47,690 nt of DNA from an uncultured Methanosarcinales archaeon (GTDB taxonomy: Archaea > Nanobdellota > Nanobdellia > Woesearchaeales > GW2011-AR15): assembly GCA_964392465.1 (NCBI GenBank), contig CAYMPC010000003.1, forward strand, positions 1 to 47,690, read 5' to 3'. Positions 8,981-15,971 of the stretch are shown here, one piece after another. The position numbers and the translations under genes were made by a program. Position 1 is the stretch's first letter; each line of letters begins with the position of its first letter. The notes below the pieces were generated by a model. The model had not been told where the DNA came from, made no database searches, and saw only the letters and a program-made list of their open reading frames with translations.

Positions 8981-10696
8981 TTATTTTACAGTAACTGATT
9001 TTGCTAAATTTCTAGGCTTGTCTATAGGCAATCCTTTTTTTTGTGCTATATAATAGGTAAGCAATTGCCCAACGATTGTAGCCAATATCCCAAACTTTCC
9101 GTCGTTGTCTGTGTTTATTTTTATATCTCCTTCAAATTCATTGGCTATTTTTATTACCTTTGCTCCTCTTGCTTCTACTTCTTTTGTATTTGAGAGCATT
9201 GCATGGTCTTTATTGCTTATTAAAGAGATAACAGGTGTCCCTTTTTCAATAAGGGCAATAGTGCCATGCTTTAATTCCCCTCCCATCATTCCTTCTGCAT
9301 GAATATAAGATATCTCTTTTATTTTAAGTGCAATTTCCCTTGCAACGGGGTAGCTTAAGCCTCTTCCTAAGATATAGATATCTTGGTAATTATAAATATC
9401 TTCAGCAATTTTTTTTATTTTATCTTTTAAAACATGTATTTGCTCTATTTTTTCAGGAAGATTATCCAAATTTATCCAAAAATTGAATTTTTGTGCAATT
9501 GATAATAATAAAGTAACTTGATTAACAAAAGATTTTGTTGCTGCAACACATATCTCTTGTCCTGCTGCTATATTTAAAGATACTTCTGACATTCTCTGAA
9601 TTGTTGAATAGGGAACATTCACAATTGAAACAATTTTTGCATTGTTCTTTTTTGCATATTTTAAAGCTTCAATAACATCCATTGTTTCTCCGGATTGTGA
9701 CATTGCTATAACTAAAGTATCTTTATCTACTCCTATAAAATGCTCAAATTCAGATGCTATTATTGTCTGTGCGTTAATATTGCATTTATGAAGATAATAT
9801 ACCCCTAATAGAGAAGCATGATAACTTGTCCCTGCCCCTACAAACATTATTTTTTTTGCTTTTTTCATCAAATAGACAAATTTGTCAAAAGATTCTTTCT
9901 GCTCTGCTTTAAGACTTAATAGAAGCCTCCTTACTACCTTTGGTTCTTCCATTATTTCTTTAAGCATATAATGCTCATATTGGTCTTGATTTGATTCTTC
10001 CTGCTCCCATTTAAATTCCTGAATTTTTTTTCTAACTTCTTTTCCTTTAGAATCATAAAAAACATAATTATCAGATGATATTATTGCAAATTCATCGTTG
10101 TCAAAAAAAATTGCTTTGTCTGTAATATCTGAAAATGCATATATATCTGACGCAATAATATTTTTATCTTTGCATATTCCAAGAACTAATGGAGAGTCTC
10201 TTCTCAATGCATAAATATTTTTATCTCCTTCTATCATCAAAAGAATGGCAAATTCTCCTTTTATTTCTTTAATGAAATCTATACAAACATCAAAAATTTT
10301 TTTTGATTTTAGTTTTTCTTCAATAAAATGTGCTGCTATCTCTGTGTCTGTCTGGCTTATGAATTTATGGCCTTTTTTTATAAGATCTTCTTTTAATTCA
10401 AGATAATTCTCAATAATTCCGTTATGTATCAGTGTGATCTTTTTATCGCATGACTGATGAGGGTGTGCATTAATCTCTGTTACTCCTCCATGTGTTGCCC
10501 ACCTTGTGTGTGTGATTATTCTTTTTGTCTTGTCTTTAGTATCTGGAATCTTAATATCTCCAACTTTCTTGTATAATATTTTGCCATCAAAATATCCGAA
10601 AGAATCATATCCTCTGTATTCTAATCTTTTTAGTTTCTTGATTGCATCTGTAACATAAAATTCCTCTTTTGAATTAATTCCCACTATTCCACACAT
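8981..10696 (-). CDS. glmS: Glutamine--fructose-6-phosphate aminotransferase (isomerising)
   Basis: N-terminal nucleophile MCGIVG, RLEYRGYDS, HTRWATHG, two SIS-domain regions (SQSGETMD), C-terminal LAKSVTVK. Confidence 0.95.
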   Translation of the reverse strand: MCGIVGINSKEEFYVTDAIKKLKRLEYRGYDSFGYFDGKILYKKVGDIKIPDTKDKTKRIITHTRWATHGGVTEINAHPHQSCDKKITLIHNGIIENYLELKEDLIKKGHKFISQTDTEIAAHFIEEKLKSKKIFDVCIDFIKEIKGEFAILLMIEGDKNIYALRRDSPLVLGICKDKNIIASDIYAFSDITDKAIFFDNDEFAIISSDNYVFYDSKGKEVRKKIQEFKWEQEESNQDQYEHYMLKEIMEEPKVVRRLLLSLKAEQKESFDKFVYLMKKAKKIMFVGAGTSYHASLLGVYYLHKCNINAQTIIASEFEHFIGVDKDTLVIAMSQSGETMDVIEALKYAKKNNAKIVSIVNVPYSTIQRMSEVSLNIAAGQEICVAATKSFVNQVTLLLSIAQKFNFWINLDNLPEKIEQIHVLKDKIKKIAEDIYNYQDIYILGRGLSYPVAREIALKIKEISYIHAEGMMGGELKHGTIALIEKGTPVISLISNKDHAMLSNTKEVEARGAKVIKIANEFEGDIKINTDNDGKFGILATIVGQLLTYYIAQKKGLPIDKPRNLAKSVTVK

Positions 10697-10714
10697 TTTA
10701 AATTCCTCTCTGCT

Positions 10715-11929
10715 TCATTCAATATCTTTTTTAACTATTTCTCCTGGCAATGTTGTCCTATCTGGCCAGATCTTTCTTCCAGGATAAATTGAAGTATGTA
10801 TTCCTGTATGAACACAATCTCCTATTATTGTTCCGAGTTTTCTTCTTTCTGAATCGATCAAACTTCCTTTGACATGGCTTTTTATATTTGTATCATCGTG
10901 TCTTAAATTTGCTGTTATTGTGCCTGCTCCAAAATTCACATTATCTCCAATCACACTATCGCCAACATAAGAAAGGTGTCCAATAGAAGTATTATCTCCT
11001 ATTATTGAATTTTTTATTTCAACTGCATTTCCTATTTTTGAATTATTTCCTATTGTTACTGCTGCTCTTATAAAGCAATTTGGCCCTATATTACAATTAT
11101 CTCCTATAATAACTGGGCCTTCTATATAACTTCCTGATTTTACTATTGTCCCTTTTCCTACACTTATCTCACCTTTTATTGTTGCTCCTTTTTCTATTAC
11201 TCCTAGATTTTTGGTTTTTATCCTTGATACTAGGAATTCGTTCGCTAAAAGCAGACTCCATGGATAGGTTATTGGAAACCAATAGTCTGTTACTTTCACA
11301 TAATTTACTTCTTTGTTGTCTTTCAATAAATATGAGATAAAATCTGTAAGCTCATATTCTCCTCTCTCTGATTTTTTTAATTTGTAAGAAAATATTTCTT
11401 TATCAAAAACATAAACTCCTGTGTTTGCCTTTCCTGCTCTTTTTTCGTTTGGCTTCTCTTTCATGCCAATTATTTTATTGCTTGTTGTAATTACTTCTCC
11501 AAAGTTTCTTATGTCCTCAATCTCTTTCACAAGCACACAATATTTATGATCAATACACTTCTCAATGTCCTTTCCAGAATAAATATCATCTCCATTAATC
11601 ACAAGAAATCTTTTTTTAATGAGCCTTTCAGCAGCCAATAAAGCCCCCCCGCTTCCGTTCTGCTCTTTCTGTTCAACATATATTATTCTAATATTTCTAA
11701 AATTATTACCTAATCTCTCTTTAATCTTCTCTCCTTTAAATCCTATTACAATTATTGCTTCATCAATAATATTTTCAAGCTGCTCGAGAGTATGCTCAAT
11801 TATTGTCTTATTTGCTATTTTAAGTAGGGGCTTTGGTTTTGTTGCTGTCAATGGATGTGTTCTTGTTGATTTTCCTGCTGCTAATATTACTGCCTGAATT
11901 TTTTGTATTTTTTGGGTTTTAGGATTCAT
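10715..11929 (-). CDS. glmU: Bifunctional sugar-1-phosphate nucleotidylyltransferase / acetyltransferase (GlmU-like, archaeal type)
   Basis: Track start at 11938 is GTG; the first ATG is at 11929. AVILAAGKSTRTHPLT..KPKPLL nucleotidyltransferase motif; C-terminal left-handed beta-helix hexapeptide repeats (IGDN.xIG...). Confidence 0.85.
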   Translation of the reverse strand: MNPKTQKIQKIQAVILAAGKSTRTHPLTATKPKPLLKIANKTIIEHTLEQLENIIDEAIIVIGFKGEKIKERLGNNFRNIRIIYVEQKEQNGSGGALLAAERLIKKRFLVINGDDIYSGKDIEKCIDHKYCVLVKEIEDIRNFGEVITTSNKIIGMKEKPNEKRAGKANTGVYVFDKEIFSYKLKKSERGEYELTDFISYLLKDNKEVNYVKVTDYWFPITYPWSLLLANEFLVSRIKTKNLGVIEKGATIKGEISVGKGTIVKSGSYIEGPVIIGDNCNIGPNCFIRAAVTIGNNSKIGNAVEIKNSIIGDNTSIGHLSYVGDSVIGDNVNFGAGTITANLRHDDTNIKSHVKGSLIDSERRKLGTIIGDCVHTGIHTSIYPGRKIWPDRTTLPGEIVKKDIE

Positions 11930-11941
11930 CTTATGCACCTT

Positions 11942-13294
11942 TTAAACTCCTATTTCTTTTTTTATTGAATAAGATATTTTATTTGCTAAGATTTTAATCA
12001 AATTTTCATCTTCTCCTTCTATCATAACTCTTGCTAGCATCTCTGTCCCACTATATCTGATTAAAGTTCTTCCTTTTTCTCCCAATGTTTTTTCTGCTCT
12101 TTTTATCTCTTTTTTTACAGAAAGAATTTTTTCAAAAGGCTTTTTTTCTTTAACTTTCACATTAATCGTAATCTGTGGATATTTTTTCAAAACAGATGAT
12201 ACTTTTAATAATGAACCTTTTTTATCTTTCATTATCTTTAAAATCTGTAATGCTGCTAAAATGCCATCTCCTGTAGAATTATAATCTGAAAAAATAATAT
12301 GCCCTGAGAATTCTCCTCCTAGATTATAGCCTTCTTTTCTCATAGCATCTATAACATATCTGTCTCCGTTAAGAACTTTAACTACTTCACCTTTATGTTT
12401 TTTTATCAATGAATCAAAAGCAAGATTTGTATATTGTGTAACAACAACAGTGTTTTTTACCAGTTTTCTATTCTCAAGAAGATCAATTGCTGCAATTGCC
12501 ATTATAAAATCTCCATCAATAATATTACCTTTCTCATCAATCATTATTACTCTGTCTGCATCTCCATCTAAAGTAATTCCTAAATCTGCATTATATCCTA
12601 GAACCGCTGCTTTTGCTACCTCTGGCTTTAAAGCACCGCTTTCTTTATTTATATTATTACCATCTGGATTATTACCCAAAATAACAAGTTCTGCTCCCAG
12701 TTCTTTAAAAATCAAAGGAGCGACTTTGTATGCTGCCCCATTTGCGCAGTCAAGAACTATCTTTAATCCTTTGAGTGAAATATTATCTACTGTGCCTTTT
12801 ATAAACTCTATATATCTCCCATGTGCATCATCTATTCTATGAGCTCTTCCTATTTCTTTTGAAGTTATATGCTCTGATTTAATCTCTGGGCTAAGAACTA
12901 ATCTTTCTATTTCCTCTTCAACTTCATCTGCTAATTTATATCCTTTTGAGTCAAAAAATTTTATTCCATTGTCCTCTGCAGGATTATGTGATGCCGATAT
13001 CATTATACCCGCATCAGCTGCAAAAGATCTTGTCAAGTGAGCAACAGCAGGAGTAGGCATAGGTCCTACAAGCAAAACATCTGCTCCCATAGAAGTCAAT
13101 CCTGAAGTTAATGCATATTCAAGCATATATCCTGAAAGTCTTGTGTCTTTTCCTATCAAGAAAAGCGGCTTTTTGTTTTCTTTATTCTTTAAGACTATTG
13201 CTGCTGCCTTTCCTAATTTCAGGGCTATTTCTGCTGTTATAGGATAAGTATTTGCCTTTCCCCTTACTCCATCTGTACCAAATAGTTTTCTCAT
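11942..13294 (-). CDS. glmM: Phosphoglucosamine mutase
   Basis: MRKLFGTDGVRG, active-site loop GIMISASHNPAEDNGIKFF, metal loop TLDGDADR, GGEFSGH. Confidence 0.92.
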   Translation of the reverse strand: MRKLFGTDGVRGKANTYPITAEIALKLGKAAAIVLKNKENKKPLFLIGKDTRLSGYMLEYALTSGLTSMGADVLLVGPMPTPAVAHLTRSFAADAGIMISASHNPAEDNGIKFFDSKGYKLADEVEEEIERLVLSPEIKSEHITSKEIGRAHRIDDAHGRYIEFIKGTVDNISLKGLKIVLDCANGAAYKVAPLIFKELGAELVILGNNPDGNNINKESGALKPEVAKAAVLGYNADLGITLDGDADRVIMIDEKGNIIDGDFIMAIAAIDLLENRKLVKNTVVVTQYTNLAFDSLIKKHKGEVVKVLNGDRYVIDAMRKEGYNLGGEFSGHIIFSDYNSTGDGILAALQILKIMKDKKGSLLKVSSVLKKYPQITINVKVKEKKPFEKILSVKKEIKRAEKTLGEKGRTLIRYSGTEMLARVMIEGEDENLIKILANKISYSIKKEIGV

Positions 13295-13491
13295 GCCTTT
13301 TAAGGTTTTTCTGTAATTTAAAAGCTTAATTACAAAGAAAGTTATAATAATGAAAAAATAAAGTTTATTTTTAATTAATTATATCAAATAAAGGTTTATT
13401 TTTAATTATTATTCAGAAAAATCACTTTTTATGGTGATTATTTAAATTTAAGAATTTATTTTTCTTTTTTATTTTTAACATATTATAAAAA

Positions 13492-13500
13492 ATTATATAA
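13492..13500 (+). promoter_or_regulatory. TATA-like box (ATTATATAA), candidate promoter for the wHTH gene
   Basis: A/T box about 100 nt upstream of ATG 13599. It would give a ~70-nt leader containing the 13537-13588 hairpin. Other A/T boxes in this 300-bp divergent spacer are equally possible. Confidence 0.25.
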
Positions 13501-13536
13501 ATATTATAAGATTTCTTATAACTTTGGTTTATACCC

Positions 13537-13588
13537 AAAAAAAGCAGTGGGTGGGGTTTTGAAAGAAAAGTCACTTGCTGCTTTTTTT
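13537..13588 (+). promoter_or_regulatory. Long hairpin followed by a U-run in the putative 5' leader of the wHTH gene
   Basis: AAAAAAAGCAG (13537-13547) is perfectly complementary to CTGCTTTTTTT (13578-13588). The stem extends inward with G-U and Watson-Crick pairs to about 13554/13571. It is followed by TATTTTTAC and ATG at 13599. Confidence 0.4.
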
Positions 13589-13598
13589 ATTTTTACAA

Positions 13599-14525
13599 AT
13601 GAAAGCTTATATTGTAAAGGAAAAAGAAGGAAGCTTTGTATATAGCAACGCTATGATTGTTGAAAACCCTGATTCTATTAAGCTAATAGATCATCCAATA
13701 AGGCTGAAGATTCTTGATTTATTATCTAAGAAACCAATGTACCCTGCTGAACTGGCTAAAGAGCTAAAAATGCATGAACAAAAAGTATATTATCATATTA
13801 AGCAGATGTCCAATTCTGGATTACTAGAGGTTGTTGAAAAAGAAGAGATAAGGGGAACTATTGCCAAAAAACTCTCGCCAAAGGTTCTTAATTTTGCATT
13901 TACTCTATCAAAAGAATGGTCTGATTTACATAATCTGTTTAAGACAAAAGACAAAGAGGTTTTAAATTTCTTAACGCCTTTAATAAAAGAAGGTGTTCTG
14001 AATTCTAATATTGTTGTAGGCAGCCCTGATCCACATGGTCCACATAAAGCAAGAGCAAGAGATGGGCATTATGGAATTGATTTGGCTTTGTTTTTAGGAA
14101 GTTTGTGCAGTGCTGAAACAGAATTCAGCACAAAATTAGATGTTGATGTTGATTTAAAGCAAAGCAGAAACTTAATCCTTGTGGGAGGACCTGTAACCAA
14201 CTTACTTGTTAGTAAGGTAAATGATTTCCTTCCTGCAAAATTCTCAGATAAAAAACCTTGGGGTATTATATCTAAATTAAAAACCTATACTGAAGAAAGT
14301 ACGGGGATGGTATGCAAAATCCCCAACCCCTATAACCCTGAATATTTCATAATAGTAATAGCTGGCATTAGGTTTATTGGGACAAAAACAGCTGTGATGG
14401 CCTTTACTCGCAATACAAAGCAGGTAATTTACAGATTTACTGGCCAAAAAGAATTCTATTCTATTGTGCAGGGCTATGATATGGATGGGGATGGGAAGAT
14501 TGATAGTATTGAGGTGCTGGAATGA
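13599..14525 (+). CDS. Winged-helix (ArsR-like) DNA-binding domain fused to a ~200-aa uncharacterised C-terminal domain
   Basis: Track start at 13575 is TTG; the first ATG is at 13599. HPIRLKILDLLSKKPMYPAELAKELKMHEQKVYYHIKQMSNSGLLEVV is a typical ArsR/wHTH. The C-terminal part (NLILVGGPVTNLLV...) is not assignable. Confidence 0.65.
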   Translation: MKAYIVKEKEGSFVYSNAMIVENPDSIKLIDHPIRLKILDLLSKKPMYPAELAKELKMHEQKVYYHIKQMSNSGLLEVVEKEEIRGTIAKKLSPKVLNFAFTLSKEWSDLHNLFKTKDKEVLNFLTPLIKEGVLNSNIVVGSPDPHGPHKARARDGHYGIDLALFLGSLCSAETEFSTKLDVDVDLKQSRNLILVGGPVTNLLVSKVNDFLPAKFSDKKPWGIISKLKTYTEESTGMVCKIPNPYNPEYFIIVIAGIRFIGTKTAVMAFTRNTKQVIYRFTGQKEFYSIVQGYDMDGDGKIDSIEVLE

Positions 14526-15106
14526 GAAAAATAATCCTGGCCTCCTCTTCTCCAAGAAGAAAGAAATTCTTCACTGATTTATTTGGGAGTAATTTTGTCT
14601 GTCATCCGAGTTCTTATGATGAGAACAATAATCTTAATCTTACTCCTGAAATGTTAGCGAAAAAACATGCATTAGGCAAGGCCAGAGATGTTGCCAAACA
14701 TTATACTGAAGGGGTTGTAATTGCTGGTGATGCTTTTGTTGTTTTGAATAATAAAGTGCTTGGAAAACCAAAAGATGAGGAAGACGCTTTTAATATGTTA
14801 AAAATGCAGTCTGGAAAAACTACAAAAGTTATTTCAGGACTGGCAGTAATAGATATAGATAATAAGAAAGAATATATTGAGCATGAGACAACTAAGATTA
14901 AGATGACAAAAGTAACTGATAATGAAATCAGATTTTATATTAAAACAAAAGATCCTATGGATAAAGCAGGCTCTTTTGGTATGCAGGATAAAGGTGCTGT
15001 TTTTGTGGAGAAAATAGACGGTTGTTATTCTAATGTTGTTGGGCTGCCATTGCCTAAACTTTTAAAAATATTAAGAAAGCTAAAGATTAAGATTTTTGAG
15101 TATTAA
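14522..15106 (+). CDS. maf: Maf-like nucleoside triphosphate pyrophosphatase
   Basis: IILASSSPRRKKF, VIAGDAFVVLNNKVLGKP, KAGSFGMQD, VVGLPL. The start overlaps the upstream stop (ATGA). Confidence 0.88.
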   Translation: MRKIILASSSPRRKKFFTDLFGSNFVCHPSSYDENNNLNLTPEMLAKKHALGKARDVAKHYTEGVVIAGDAFVVLNNKVLGKPKDEEDAFNMLKMQSGKTTKVISGLAVIDIDNKKEYIEHETTKIKMTKVTDNEIRFYIKTKDPMDKAGSFGMQDKGAVFVEKIDGCYSNVVGLPLPKLLKILRKLKIKIFEY

Positions 15107-15542
15107 TTATTTTAATTTTATGTCCCCTCTCCTCTGCTTCTATTCTGCACGTATCAAATATCTCAGCATCCATGTTCTCTCTTATTTTAGCCTTTGAATA
15201 TCCCCTTTTCTCTAGTCTCTTTTTTAGTGCTTTCAAATCGCATTTAGTTATTATGCATAGATCAACATATTTTTTAGGTAAGTAATGAGAAAGGTGTGAA
15301 TCAATAATTATTCCTTTAATTCTCTCTTTTTTCTTATTTTCTATCAGCCTAATCACTGCCTTGTTCAGTCTCTCAATATCAATTATCTTTGTATCTCTTT
15401 TCTTATCATATCCTTCAGAAAGCTTCTCTTTTTCAATAACTTTATTCACATCAATATATTCATATCCTTTTTCTTTTGCTGTTTTTTTGGCTATTGTTGT
15501 CTTTCCTGTGCCAGGTGTTCCTGATACAATAATCACTTTCAT
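15087..15542 (-). CDS. Fap7/AK6-type adenylate kinase-like NTPase
   Basis: Track start at 15551 is TTG; the ATG is at 15542. P-loop MKVIIVSGTPGTGKTT, IIDSHLSHYL, LKKRLEKRGYSKAKIRENMDAEIFD. The 3' end overlaps maf convergently by 20 nt. Confidence 0.7.
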   Translation of the reverse strand: MKVIIVSGTPGTGKTTIAKKTAKEKGYEYIDVNKVIEKEKLSEGYDKKRDTKIIDIERLNKAVIRLIENKKKERIKGIIIDSHLSHYLPKKYVDLCIITKCDLKALKKRLEKRGYSKAKIRENMDAEIFDTCRIEAEERGHKIKIINTQKS

Positions 15543-15625
15543 GGTTATCAAGAGCTTTATTAAATATAAAAAACTATTTAAATATCAGAATAAACTATAC
15601 TATATCCTATTTGAAAGAATTGGAA

Positions 15626-15630
15626 GGAGG
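15626..15630 (+). promoter_or_regulatory. Shine-Dalgarno sequence GGAGG for the PRC-barrel gene
   Basis: GGAAGGAGGAATATAAAATG: GGAGG lies 8 nt upstream of ATG 15639. Confidence 0.55.
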
Positions 15631-15638
15631 AATATAAA

Positions 15639-15908
15639 ATGTTAAAGATGAAAAGAATATCTGAGTGCTATGACATGAAAGTCTTTACAGATGAAGGAGA
15701 TTATTTCGGGGATGTTGAAGAATCCATATTAACAACAAATAAAGTTGTTGGGTGGAGAGTTAAAGCAACAAAGAATTCCTTCTTAAACACTGTTTTAGGA
15801 AGCGCAAAAGGAGTTATTGTCCCACATCCCTTAGTTAAATCTATGGGAGATATAATGATAATAAACAAATCAGCAGTGCCCTCTTATAACCCAGAAGACG
15901 ATAATTAA
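15639..15908 (+). CDS. Small PRC-barrel domain protein (CdpB-like size and architecture)
   Basis: 89 aa. ...YDMKVFTDEGDYFGDVEESILTTNKVVGWRVKA...GVIVPHPLVKSMGDIMIIN fits the single PRC beta-barrel pattern. Confidence 0.7.
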   Translation: MLKMKRISECYDMKVFTDEGDYFGDVEESILTTNKVVGWRVKATKNSFLNTVLGSAKGVIVPHPLVKSMGDIMIINKSAVPSYNPEDDN

Positions 15909-15940
15909 TTCTTTTCTTATTTTTTATTATTCTAGCAAAA

Positions 15941-15948
15941 ATATATAA
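15941..15948 (+). promoter_or_regulatory. TATA box (ATATATAA) for the M1 aminopeptidase gene
   Basis: Lies 24-31 nt upstream of ATG 15972, implying a leaderless or very short leader mRNA. Confidence 0.4.
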
Positions 15949-15971
15949 ACCTTCTATAAATAGAAAAACCT

